Of a stretch of 64,000 nt of DNA, positions 36,241-49,019 are shown piece by piece (position 1 is the stretch's first letter; each line of letters opens with the position of its first letter). Made by a program: the position numbers and the translations under genes. The notes beneath the pieces were generated by a model. The model ran no database searches. It worked only from the letters and a program-made list of their open reading frames with translations, and had not been told where the DNA came from. The DNA comes from Callorhinchus milii (taxonomy: Eukaryota), in assembly GCF_018977255.1 (NCBI RefSeq), contig NW_024704742.1:27902001-27966000 (forward strand), in the 5' to 3' direction.

Positions 36241-38787
36241 GAAAGTAATTCAAATGCCTAGTACTTACAGGGCTGTGTTCCCCTGACCTGAGCAACATTC
36301 ACCAGGAACCCATAATCTTGTATGATAGGGATGCTTGGATAATGATAGATTTATCCTTGCTGCGAAAGCATAAAATAATACAACAGGGAAAAAGGAAAAA
36401 GGTCAGTATTACTTTGAATGTTTACATGTTCTGACGGAATAAGGCTTCTGGCAGAATTGGGCTCATTACGGATCTTGACCTGTTTATTGAGTCAGTACCT
36501 CTGGACAATGAGTACAAAAAACACATTCCAGACAGCAATTCCACAACACCCGTGTCAACAGTGATTCTGCAAATAAGAAAAAACCTGTGAACAAAAATAA
36601 AAGTTCATTTTATTGATCTGTGAAGCTCCTGTGAACAGTTTGTTAGTTACTTGTTAATTTGTTTGTTTGTTGAAATTACTCCAGGTTTAGCATCACTAAT
36701 GCTTAGCGTAGCTTCATGTAGTACCACACGTATGCTTTGAGTTATCATATAAAATAAAGTACATAAAGTATTACATGTGCACACATCTGAGAAAATTATT
36801 GGCATCTTCGTGTTGTTAGTTGACTTCTGAGCCTTTTTTCTTGAATATGTATTGGTTGTATTAATTATAAGAGGTTGATGGTCATGTTTGGTGCTGAGGC
36901 AGTTACACAATTCATGCATTTAACAAGAAATGCAATGAAGTACAGTACAATTTTCAGTTATATAATTCCTTTCACAGCGGGAGGATGCCTCAAAGGAGTT
37001 GACATTGCTGGCTTGGCCCTGCCTGGGTGTGGGAGCCAACAGGGATGAGAAGATGTCAAATGGGCATGCATTTGATGTCAAATGGATAAGACAGCAAAAT
37101 CTGAACTGAGGTTGAAGCACCAGATGGTTGTCTGCTTGTGCTGACTACAATGCAAGTCACCATACAGTTAAGCGCTCTGCACACATGTTGTGAACTAGTT
37201 ACTCAGAAGAGTCTTGAACTAAGCAGGAACAATCCTGATGAATTAAACTGAAGACTTCAAGCATTCTTATTGTGCCCACTCTTTAACCTGCCAAGACATG
37301 TGCCCTCATTCAACATAACTTAATTGGATAAAATCTGCATTCAACATCATAGTCTATACAAGAGTCCAGACAGGCAGATTAACTTGCAAACCAGACAGTT
37401 AATGTGGGAATTATAGCTTTAAGCATTTATTCTGTTTCTTAACTAGCAGGCAGTTTGGATGGGAAAGGCATAATTGCTGTGCATTCAATTGGAGTTATAA
37501 ACTCAAAGCAGTCATTATAATTCATTCAGCATCTGAGGTGGGGTTGTAGATTTGATGATGTGCTCACTTTAAATTCAACTGCATTCATTCTGACTCAAAA
37601 GCTTTCCAACCAATATCATGTTCGATTGCCGTAGCTAGGTCTGGTTCAATAATTAACGCTGTCAGTCCTACTATTCCTGTCACCACATGTTTGCAAAGTA
37701 GGGGAGAAGTGTTGCAAGGATAACCATGAGCTCACTGAGTAGCATTGACTTTGAACTAATGAGATGAGCTTAGCCCTGGAGATTGTATTTGTTGAATTGG
37801 GGCCAATTTTGCTCTTATCTTTCAGTGCCAATAAGAATAGGAGGAGATGTCCAAATTGGCTTTGTGTGGTTTCAGCTTGCCAAACTTTCTACTTAAGGTT
37901 TACGCATGACTTAATTCCATGGCATATTTAGTCTAAAGAAAAAATCTTCATGGTATTTTTTTCACATATATGATATACAGAGGTCACCTGCAAACTAAGA
38001 AATAATCTGTTCTATAATAAAAACTGTAGCTTCCATGTAGGAAAACTTGCAGAAATTATCCTTTCGTCTGCAGTCCCTCTTGTATTTCTCCACGAGGGAA
38101 AGGAACAATTTGTGGATTTTATGTGAAGAGTATTACATTTGTTGGTTGAACTTTCTGAGTTCACTGATTTGTAGACTCTTGCATTTGGAAGTCATGCATA
38201 TTTTGTACTTTTCCCTATCAGCATAGTAAATATTAGAGGTAGCAAAAGACAACTGGTCAATCGAGTCTTGGCACCAATTTACAATCATCTTTCTTATCTC
38301 CTATCGGTGGACCTCAACAGTACCTTTCTCAGTTCACACAAATTCCAGCTGCACCCAGTTTGGCTCCTTCTGAATTTATTCTGCAATATGTGCTATTTAT
38401 ATAATGTACAAATGTGCAAGCTGCAACCAACCTGGGCTGCCAATAAACCACTGTTAATCGCATTTTAGTCTCCACAAAATAAGAATGAGAATATATCAAC
38501 AATCACATTAGCTCTTTTTTTCTATTTAAAGATTTTAGCTTTTAATTATGAATGCTATATGAATCTTAGCAAATATTTCTACATTTACAGACTTTAAAAG
38601 TAGTAAATAAGATAAATAAATAAAATGGAAGAAATGGAAAGCAATCTAGCATCCATTCCTGAATATCCTCACAATTCATTGTTTTCAGAAACAACTCCAT
38701 GCCCTTATAAAAGAGGATCAAGCCACTGTAATTGGATATTGTTGAAAATCCCACAATGAAAGAACAGCATAGTTCAGGACACCCTTT

Positions 38788-38838
38788 CTAGGAATATTGG
38801 AACAGGAGTAGGCCATTCAGCTCCTCGAGCCTGTTCCT
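38788..38838 (-). mobile_element. CR1-type 3' tail fragment
   Basis: GGAACAGGAGTAGGCCATTCAGC is the reverse complement of the tail at 52950-52975. Confidence 0.7.
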
Positions 38839-40584
38839 CTATCAGCAAGCCTCACCCTCCCTCCACCATGCAGTTAGCCAACAGTTTCTCCCTCCTGCCC
38901 CCCCGCCCCCCCCTCACCATCCTTTGTTTTGCTGGCTATCTACGGATGGGCAGGAAAGTTGCTTCTGACATTTCCTTTGCCAGGAAAATTAATTTTAACA
39001 AAATTATTTTATGCTCTAGCCTTGCCTCCTGCTTACAGTTATGTTTTCCATTTGGGTGTATGTGTCAATGAGTAAATGGGTACATGCCAACTCAAGACAT
39101 GCATTTTAATAGGTATTTTCATGGTAGCACTCCGAGACATTGTCATGCAAGGAGGATGTGATATAAATGGAACTTGTTGAATTAAGGGATGGGAGTAATC
39201 AGCATAAGGTGACCACGTATCAAGAATGTTGGAAAGGAAATCTTGGGGTTTCATTTGTGCCATTTCCTAATGGGATTCCTGAAGTAGAAGTACTCCTGTA
39301 GAAGTAGATTCCTGTACAAGAAGTACATCACTCTGTCATGTTCTACTCCTCAGGTGGAGTTCTCACTGGATAAACTAGAATTCAAAGGGACTTTTTATTG
39401 AACAAGCCCTCAAAGAAATCCTGGGGTTCAAAATGTGGGATAGGATGTAATAATTATCACAATGTAAAAGCACTACCCTCCACTCCTGGAGGCATCTTGA
39501 TCGATAACTCCTGTGGAAAACCTTCATCCACTAAATTTAAATAGCTTCATCCAGAGATCGTTGCTGAAGTCACTAACCCAGCCAGTACTGCCAGGCATAT
39601 CCCAGCATTTCAGTGGCATTTTGGGGGAATACTGGAGGAACTCAAATGTTAAAAAGAAATACCCAGATAATCCATTTCTAACATAAGACGTTTAAAAAAT
39701 TTGACAGAACAAAAAATGAGTATTTAGTGCAGTGTTGTCCAGTCAAAATCACTGACTAACCACAAGTGTGGCTACAGAGACACCATTTTAGCCGCATGCA
39801 CTAATTTTAGTAGAAAACACCTTACACACATGCAAAGGTTGCAGCCGGGTTGGTAGGATTGCAGACCTGAATGTTTGGGATATAATAATGACCATTAAAA
39901 AGTATGTTTTATTTTGCTGCAGGAATGGCTTCCTCTAAAAATGATATATTCTTTCTTGGTCCATTTCATCCTGTTTTAGCTTGTTGTCTGGCTGTGATTT
40001 GTTATCTACTATTTGCCAATTTCTCACCAGGGCTGGCTCGATTTTATGCCATTTGCAAGAATGAGCATTTGAATCTATTTAAACTTTCACTGTTTTTGGT
40101 TTAGGAAGATTACATTTGAGTCTAAATCACAGTGATTGGGCAACAGCTACAGTATTGTGCTATGATGAGATCCATACTTTATTTAGCATTTCAATCCAGA
40201 TACCAACAATACCTCAGCATGGTGCTGAAGTTCAGATCAATTCTTTTGAAAGTAAGCATGGTAAGAGCACTTAAAAGCATTGGAATTAGATACATTTGTT
40301 CCTCCACACAGGTGAAACATCTCTTGCGGAAGGTTTGAGGAATAAACTATATTTTACAGCGCCTTATCATAAATCAACACAAAGTGCTTCACAGTTAATT
40401 ACTGACCAGCGTGGTGACTGTTTATTGCAAATTGCACCTCTGAGAATGAATTTGAGTGGGGATTGGATACACACACTGTATTTTCTTGCAACAGCACAGC
40501 TTTCAAAACTGAAAAATGTATGTCATTTTCTAGTCCATTGATGGGCAAATGCTGAATACAGTTACCATTTACTCTGGAGTTCAG

Positions 40585-40842
40585 TGTTCACTGTGCAGTA
40601 TAAAGCAGGCAGGCCTCCCTGCAAGATCACCATGCAATGCTAACCAGATGGCATTCATCATGCAATGCAAATGAAATTTGAGTTCACTTTGCAATACCAA
40701 GAGTTCACCGTGCAACACTAACCAAACAGGTTTCACCATGCAACACTAACCAAACATAATTTACTATGCAGTACAAACCAGACAGGAATCATCACAGAAT
40801 ATAAATCAGATGGCTTCAATGTGGAATACAAACCAGGCAAGC
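40585..40842. repeat. Degenerate ~28-bp minisatellite
   Basis: Units resembling TTCACCATGCAACACTAACCAAACAGG; the best-preserved pair is at ~40703-40757. Confidence 0.75.
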
Positions 40843-41109
40843 AGCCATACTTGGAGAATCAGAATGCAGCCAGGCTTTCAAATGCCTTTTCATTCTCACC
40901 CAAGGTATAGTTTAAATTGTACCACCTTATGAGAATTGAATGAACTGTATCTGAATGAACACGTTACTGATCCCAGAATGGTAAATAGAAGAATGATATT
41001 TAAACCAGTCTTAGTGCTTATTTTAAAACATATAGATAGGTTCACTAAAATGGTCAAAATGGTTAATTTGTTCAACCATTTATATTTTCTTGATGGTAGT
41101 CTTTTGCCT

Positions 41110-41277
41110 GATAATAAAATAATCACAAACAACTGTTTGTGGAACACTGCTGTGTACAATTGGCTGCTGCATTTTGCTCACAAAATATAGTCAATTCACT
41201 TTACAGTATATTCTATGAAATGCTTTGAGAAGTCTTGAAGACGTGATAAGATGCTATATCAGGATTATTATTATTAT
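41110..41277 (+). mobile_element. SINE 3' half
   Basis: CTGTTTGTGGAACACTGCTGTGTACAATTGGCTGC...GGATTATTATTATT. Confidence 0.85.
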
Positions 41278-41436
41278 CTCTAAATCGATCAGTCCTATGA
41301 CTGTCTAAGAATCATCTTGGCACTGAGTCACTCTCAGTAGGTGGATATTTTCTAGCGTTAACTTATAGGTGTTTAGCAAAACAGAAATGTATCTTCTAGT
41401 TTTTATTACTAAGGTGTCCAAGCATATTATTTATAA

Positions 41437-42188
41437 TTATAATAATCCTTGCAACTCTAGTGACTGACTATTTGTTGGCGAACAGCCAGTTTGTGCACAC
41501 CTGTGTCCCACCAACTGCATGAAGTGAATGACGACGTTTTTTTTTACTCGAGTGAATTTTTGACCAGGACACTACGAAGAGTCCTGTAGCTCAGTTTGAA
41601 GTCCTGGAGCTTAGTGGTTAGAGCATTCACCTCACGAGCGAGAAGACCTGGGTTCGATTCCCAGGCAGGATGAAACATTAGGCAAGTTTTGTTACTCCAC
41701 ATGCCTCTGTTTGCCTAGCAGTATGTAGGAACCTGATTTTTAGGGGGGATAATAATCCCTTAAAATAATAACAATAATGATTTGGTCAAACAAGGGACTG
41801 TTTGTGGGACCCTGCTTAGCGCAATTGGCTGCCATGTTTCGCCCACAAAATATATAGTCAATTCAATTCACAGTATATTCTGTGAAGCACTTTGAGACGT
41901 CTCAAAGATATGATTAGGCGCTATATCAAATGCAAGGATGATTATTATTAAGAAGTCCCTTCTCTTTTCAAATAGTGCCATGAAATCTTTAATATCCACC
42001 TGAACAGGCAGATGGGACTTCAGTTTAACATATCATCCAAACAATGTTACCTCTGACAATGCAACACTCCCCCAGCACTGCATTGAAGTATCAGCCAAGA
42101 CTACAAGCTCAAAGTCCTGACTTTGGATTTCAACTCACAACCTTCTGACTCAAAGGAGAGAGTGCCACCAATGGAGCCTGGCTGAAAC
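41437..42188 (-). mobile_element. Deu-SINE, full length, split by a younger SINE at 41578-41952
   Basis: GACCAGGACACTACGAAGA continues as AGAAGTCCCTTCTCTTTTCAAATAGTGCC on the other side of the insert. Confidence 0.85.
41578..41952 (+). mobile_element. tRNA-derived SINE, long variant, with duplicated 5' end
   Basis: The head start is repeated; there is an extra internal segment CTCTGTTTGCCTAGCAGTATGTAGGAACC; the shared tail is present. Confidence 0.9.
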
Positions 42189-42659
42189 CTTTAAGATTGA
42201 GATCTTGACGACAGTAATATTACAATAGACATCAGTCCAATATTAAAGGTAGGTTGACACTGTCCAAAAATCATTGAAACAAAATTTGTAGATTTGTTCA
42301 GAACTTTGTGACCAGCTTTTTTATAAAATGGATTTATTAATGTGCCAAATTTTGTTTCAATGATTCTTGCAGGCAGTAGATTTTAAGTTTGATTTATGTC
42401 TGTTGGAATATTGGCATCTTCAAGGGCTCATTATTAAAAAATGAATGATAGGCAAACATTTGCTATATTTTATAGATTTAAGCCTGATGTTTTACATTCT
42501 TTTTTCCCCACTAGAGAAATGTGGCCATGAAGACTATAGTCCTGTAGTCAGTGGGAGCTATATTTTAAGGTTGGATTTGTGTATGTTGAAAAGTTATTTT
42601 AAGAAGCTCAATATTAAAACTTGAAGTTTGGCTAGCATTCAATTGATTTTATAGATTAA

Positions 42660-43140
42660 CAGTGATGATTTGAATTTGTCTGCCTCTGGAGCAATGAAGC
42701 AGGAGAGACTGCAGCGATCTGGTTGATGCAATTCAATACTTCATCTAATTGATTTTTTTAAAAAAATAAAGCCTTTTCTTAATATCCGACAAAAATCATA
42801 AACCTTGAAAAGAAGCAGTTATTGACAATTGCGTGCTTGTGTATACATCACTGAAGTGATTACAAGCTCATACGGCCTCCAATTCCTTTAGGTAAATATG
42901 AAGAAAACATTGCCTACCATTCTACTCACACATTGAATAACTACGTCCACAGTATTAAGCATATTCTCCTATCCTCTCTATTAACGTGTGCTCCATGTGT
43001 CTCTTCATTATAATCAGCTGATGCTGTGCTAAGCATAAATCTGTCCTGCAGCTGAAGCTGAAATAAGACTTGTATTTTATTGATCGACTCATTGACATCA
43101 CATTTTTTAAAGATGAAGAAATGAATGGAGTGTCACATGG
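42660..43140. promoter_or_regulatory. Candidate conserved non-coding block
   Basis: Repeat-free unique sequence with CAGCTG E-boxes and TAATTG/TAAT motifs. Conservation is untested. Confidence 0.25.
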
Positions 43141-43839
43141 AGTGGATTATGGATTTGTGAATCCCAGGTTAGCCGGTGAATTAAAAGGTACAGTGAACAT
43201 TGAATTGTTTGGAGACGGACGCTTGTAAAGTGGGGAATAGACTGGGCTGGCTTTGAGTTACATAGGTCCCTTGTCCAGATGTAGATCAGATAAAAGTGGA
43301 GTTAGTTTGTCAGGTGCACAATAGCTGGATGAACATAGACTAAAAGGGTGATAACTGGCACGTGATGCTTTACACATTCACCACAGAGTTGCCAAAAATA
43401 GAAAGAAGCTGAAACAAAGCCTGAGTCCTGTACATCATAACTTTTTTTCTCCTCTCTCTAGAAAATACTTAAGAGCTCATTACATATTCAGTTAAATTAG
43501 TGCCTTCCACAAAAGTGAATTCTGAAGTTTCAGAAGATAAGATAATGAAGATAATGAAGTGAAGCTCATGAATTGTGAACTAAAAGAGCCTTCATTTGGA
43601 AAAGGTGATGAATATTTTCCATATATTATTGTGATCGGAGTCCCAATAGTGAATAGAATGTGTTTTCCAACTGTATAAGAAAATGCATTTTCTGAATCTG
43701 GTAATCTGTGGCTCTCTGCTACCTGGCATCTAAAATGCAAATGAATAGTTACTGCTCAAGTCGGGACATAAGAAATTTCCAAATGAAGAAGTAAAAGCGC
43801 AATGGAAAACATTTCTTCGAGTTTTTTTTCAAAAAATAG

Positions 43840-44050
43840 GCTGATACTTCAATGTAGTGCTGGGGGTGTGCTGCATTGTTGAGATGCTGTCCTTCAGATG
43901 AGACATTAAATCAAGGTCCCTGTTCATTCAGATGGACATTAAAGCTCCCATGAAAACAATTTGAAAAGAGAAGGGAATTTCTCCCTGTGTCAAGGAAAAC
44001 AGTCGCCTAGATAAAATTGATCATTCACTTCATTGATGATGTTGGACATT
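43840..44050 (+). mobile_element. Deu-SINE core
   Basis: GTGTGCTGCATTGTTGAGATGCTGTCCTTCAGATGAGACATTAAATCAAGGTCCC. Confidence 0.8.
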
Positions 44051-44307
44051 GATTGCTACATGTATTTCAAAACAGTGTGAGACTGCAATAAACAATTGGT
44101 ATATTACTAAATCAGTTAGGCTTAGATTAGTGTTGTCCAGTAGCAATCGCCACACCATTTTAGCCACATTCACTAATTTTAATAAAAAATGCCTACATAC
44201 ACTCACACAATTACATAGTATCTATTACTCATTTTTAATTTACAAATCAAAAATGCAATTTTGCTATATCTACATTCCCAATTTGCCACATATGACTAGA
44301 GGCTAAC

Positions 44308-44624
44308 ATAATAATAATAATAATCCTTTGCATTTGATATAGCGCCTTTCATGTCGAGAGGACGTCCCAAAGTGCTTCACAGAACACACTGTAAAGTGAA
44401 TTGACTGTATATTTGTGGGCGAACGCGGCACCATTTGTGCACAGCAATGTCCCACAAACAGTCGTAGATTGAAAATGATCAATTTATTATTGTTTTTGGT
44501 TTTGGAGGGATTATTATTAGGCGTGTGGAATAAGAAACTTGCCCAAGGTTTCGCCCTGCCTGGAATTGAACTCAGGTCTCTCGCTTGCAAAGCGAGTGCT
44601 CTAACCACTGAGCTACAGGACTCC
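44308..44624 (-). mobile_element. Young tRNA(Ala)-like SINE, full length
   Basis: Near-identical to the 18581 copy; flanked by AACATA on both sides (possible target-site duplication). Confidence 0.95.
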
Positions 44625-44793
44625 AAACATATTGGACAACAGTAGTTTAAATCACTAGATATTATATTCAGGCTGAGTTGTGTCCTGGCCTGTACCACCT
44701 TTCCTGGCAAGTGTTGATTGCCCTTTGCGTAAAGAAAAACTTCTTCCTTTTCAACTCAAAATTTATATCCTGTTTTTCTACTATTTGGTGCAT

Positions 44794-45875
44794 ATAGTTC
44801 TGGTCACCGTGACAAGGGAACTGACCAGGCTTCAGAGGCAGTGCAGACGAGAGCAATGAGGATAATCCCCAGTGTTAAAAGGAATAAGCTACAAGCAACA
44901 ATTAGACAAAAAGCTAGGTCTCTTTAGTTGGAGAGAAGGCAACTCAGAAGGGACTTCATAGAGGCTGTTGACACTGGATTTTTACATTTTTGGCGTATTT
45001 TTGTGTTTTCTGACACCAAGATAATCAAGATCATAGAGACAGAATGTTTTGTTTAAGAAACCTTTATAAAGCAACGTGCATGATTCAGAAAGGTATAGTT
45101 TCCAATCTGGAGAATAAAAATAATAGTTACAGGAGTTTATTCTTCATCATCAACTTCTTTCCCAGGTCTGTTCTGGCTTCAGGCTTGTTAGTGCCCAATA
45201 TTTGTACCCAGGAATCAACAAGTTTTTGTGACCTTTCTTTGCTCCGGTCATCACAATAAGGCCAGCCGTGCATTGTTCTGATCATGACCATACGATCATC
45301 TATTATTACACATACATATACCATTTCCTTATCTTGCTTCCACAGACAAAATCCTCTCTTTTCCCATCTTGTTTTCACATAGACCATCTGTTTCATCTCT
45401 TTTCACAATTACAATAGACAAGGTCAGGGATGTCTCAGCAGTTTACAGGACATGTTCACACATTACTCATTAAAATTCTGACACTTGTGTTTCACGACTG
45501 CAAAGTTTACACAGAGGTACAAATGGTCAGCAGTTTTGCATTGTACAGCTAAGCAAAAGTACATTCCCCTGATACATTATTCTTACATCAAGAGCAACTC
45601 ACCCATGATGCTTCAATGTGTACCAAATTTTAAATAGAATTGAAAAAGTAAACCCAGATCAATAATTTAGGATGCACCAAATAGTAGAAAAACAGGATAT
45701 AGATTTTGAGTTGAAAAGGAATAAGTTTTTCTTTACTCGAAGGGCAATCAACACTTGCCAGGAAAGGTGGTAGAGGCCAGGACACAACTCATTTAAAAAG
45801 CAGCTTGATGCAGTGATGGGCAGATGGTGGCATCGCTGTTCTGGAAGGATGGGATCAAACGGGCCGATCTTGTGT
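44794..45875 (+). mobile_element. Old CR1 LINE 3' region, interrupted
   Basis: Decayed FWSP...AVQ.RA.RIIP...LGLFS...RGDFIE at 44795-44965; FFFT..AINT...FKKQLD and 3' UTR at 45700-45875. Confidence 0.7.
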
Positions 45876-46271
45876 ACAAATTGACGGTTGGATTCACAAA
45901 CAAAATCCAGTCACTCCGCTTTATAGTATATCCTGTGAAGTATTTTGAGACATGCTCCTGACGTGAAAGGCACATTTCAAATGAAATTATTATTATTATT
46001 TAAACATATTATACTACTTGCAATTTAGATCTTGTTCAGAAAAGGATTGGTAAAATCAGTTTAGAAAGTAATGAAGGTTTGGCTCAAATTTTAGATTTTT
46101 TTTGTAGCATCACAAAATGTAAAATTTTGTTTAAAGATGAGGTAAAAGATTTAGCAGAATAACTGATTGTGATAAATGGGGGTAAGGTGGGATAAACTAC
46201 TTCACAAGGATACATCATTGAAATATGGCTGAAAGATTGGTATTATTGCTGAAGAAGGCAATGCCACCAAT

Positions 46272-46560
46272 TAGAAACATGGAAACGTAGCAATCTACAG
46301 CTACCTTCAAGCCATTGAGTTTGCAGAGGTTCACAGAGAAAGGAGAACAATTTACTCCCACCTTTCTGCCTTCTCTCCATACCCCTTCAAGCCCCTTTCC
46401 TTCATAGGCCTGTCCACTTCCCTCTTAATAGCTACAATGGACTCTGCCTCCACCACCGTACTCGGCAGGAGATTCCACAATCCAACTACTCTCTGGGTGA
46501 AAAATTCCCCAAGTTCTCCTTTCCCTCTTCTTGTGGCTATCTTATGACTCTATGCCCTGG
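46272..46560 (-). mobile_element. Decayed CR1 3' end
   Basis: GGCAGGAGATTCCACAATCCAACTACTCTCTGGGTGAAAA is the reverse complement of the FTQRVVGLWNLLP-encoding sequence. Confidence 0.75.
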
Positions 46561-47453
46561 TAACTGACTGCCCTATGTTGAGGGGAAGGGTATAACTATA
46601 GGCGAACAATCAGTGCAAAAAAAACTATCAAAAATAACCACAATAAAATAATAAGTGAAGGGTGACTGAATGTATGGACACTGTTTAAGCCAACGAGAGG
46701 GGTTACAGTAATTGTGATAATCAGAATAATCCTTACATTTGAGATGGCGTATTTTACCTAATGAAAGGTCTCAAGGATTAACAGGATAAACTGAAGAGTA
46801 GAAAGACTGTGTTTTGTGGATGATGCAGCAGCCAATTTTGCGCACAACTATGTTCTACAAATAGCCTTGAAGTACATGTTAATTATAGGGCATTTTAATT
46901 TGCCCGAAGTCAAATAAAATTCTTACACCTTGTGTAAGGTGAAGTGGGGATTTTAAGAAATGTTCTCGAGCAATCAATGGGTTCTTCTTGACATTGTAAT
47001 CTGCAATGCAGAGTTGATCAAATATATAATATACTTATGAGGAAGGAGAAAATTATTACAACAAAGGCCAGAAGAGGTAAGCCACTGGTTGATAATTTAG
47101 GAGTTGGATCAATTGTCAAAGGATGTAGCCCAATTTAAGTACAGTGGCTGGAGAATGAAAGATGGATCTTAATGTAGATAATTCTTTCCTACCTCCCTGT
47201 AAAGCACGTAGGGAAGACTTTTCAAAGTGCCTTACAGAATATGCTGTAGAGTGCAGTGATTGTTTAAATTACATCCAGAAATGTTTTATGTGTGCACAAT
47301 GAAACCATGGTGATTAGCAAAATTGGAAAAATACATAAATAGAACAACATGTGATGTATTGATCATTTACTGAAGCTTTCTGGATCATGTGAAGCTTTTC
47401 AACAAAGTTAAAAGAACTATTTTCTTGGGATTAGAAAGCATTTGACTTCAACT

Positions 47454-47765
47454 ATAATAATAATAATAATAATCCTTGCATTTGATATAGCACTTTTCAC
47501 GTCTTCTAGACGTCCCAAAGCACTTCACAGAATATACTGTAAAGTGAATTGACTGTATATTTGTGGGCGAACACGGCAGCAAATTGCACACAGCAGTGTC
47601 CCACAAACAGTCATGGATTGAAAATGACCAATTTTTTTTTTTTTGAGGGATTATTATCAGACGGGTGGAGTAAGAAAACGTGCCCAAGGTTTCGCCCTGC
47701 CTGGAATTGAACTCAGGTATCTCACTTGCAACGTGAGTGCTCTAACCACTGAGCTACAGGACTCC
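47454..47765 (-). mobile_element. tRNA-derived SINE, full length
   Basis: Head ...CTAACCACTGAGCTACAGGACTCC and (TAA)n tail. Confidence 0.95.
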
Positions 47766-47809
47766 GCAAATTCAAAATAAGTTATTCTTCACTTGTGCAG
47801 ATTGTAGCT

Positions 47810-48230
47810 GGTGAGGCCACAATTGTAAACTTGTGTGTTTTTTGGTATCCTGTCTTCAAAAGGACATTTACACATGAGAACAAGGTTCAGAGAAGCACCA
47901 GGATAATTCTGGGACCTTGGGTGTGAGATGTAAGAGAAGGATCACAGAGCTCAACTTGTTTTGGTTTGAAAAAAGAGAGGGGAAATGACAACACACGGTC
48001 TTTAAAATACTAAGAAGCATAGAAAATGCGGATTGAAACAAGATATTTGTCTTGGAGTATGAGATGCAGAATATGGTCTTACAATGAGTCAGAGTCAGGC
48101 AAGACTACAGATCAGAAAGAATGTTGCCTCCTCCACACACACACTCAGTAGTGGATATGTGGAACAAACTATAAAGCAGCTCATGTGTTTGATTAAAACT
48201 CTTTCAAAAAGTAACTTGATATCTAACTGT
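47810..48230 (+). mobile_element. Heavily decayed CR1 ORF2 C-terminus
   Basis: GTGAGGCCACAATTG...GTTCAGAGAAGCACCAGGATAATTCTGGGA resembles the VRP.L...VQRR.TRII region. Confidence 0.55.
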
Positions 48231-48507
48231 TTGGAGCTTGTAGCGGTGCTGAACAAATACTCCCAAGGACACAATGATTGTTTGCTGTTGTGGTGATGAT
48301 GATGATTAAAGATGAAATCATGTCTATCAAAGGAAACAAGCCAGGGTTCAATTGTAAGATTTGTGAATCAATGGTTATTCTTAAGTTTTAGCTTGTTTAC
48401 CTTGGTGAATCAGGAAATAAGAGTGCATGGGTGGAATCTTTGAAAAAGAATTTAAAAAATAAGGGGAAAGAGCAGGGGAGAGAACTAATATAATCTTTCA
48501 GGGATGG

Positions 48508-48861
48508 TAATAATAATAATAATTCTTGCATTTGATAAAGTGCATTGTCAGGTCTTTGAGACGTCTCAAAGCGCTTCACGGAATTTACTGTAAAGTAAGT
48601 TAACTTGTATATTTTGTGGGTGAAATGTGGCAGCTAATTGTGCTCAGCAGTGTCCCACAAACAGTTGTGGATTGAGTGACCATATTTTTTTTAGGGGATT
48701 ATTACCCCCGGAAAAGTGATCCGCCTATTGATTAACAACAAGTTTCCTACTTACTGCTAGGTAAACAGGGGTGAAAACTTGCCCAACGTTTCACCCTGGA
48801 ATTGAACCCAGGTCATCTCGCTTGCGAGGCGTGTGCTCTAACCACAAAGCTGTAGGACTCC
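48508..48861 (-). mobile_element. tRNA-derived SINE, longest variant
   Basis: The reverse complement contains GGGCAAGTTTTCACCCCTGTTTACCTAGCAGTAAGTAGGAAACTTG...; same head and tail as the family. Confidence 0.9.
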
Positions 48862-49019
48862 ACCTGCTTCTGTTTACCAAGCTGTATGCAGAAGCTTCTT
48901 CTTAAAAAAAAATCTGTGCTATTAAATCCCATGTTTGTTTATAAAAAATACTACTTTTTACATATTCAGTACAAGTACTAGGGGCTGAATGGTCCCCTTC
49001 TATGCTGTAAAATTCTATG

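Noticed and set aside
40585..40842. CRISPR-like array
   Set aside because: Head-to-tail degenerate units with no unique spacers, in a eukaryotic context.
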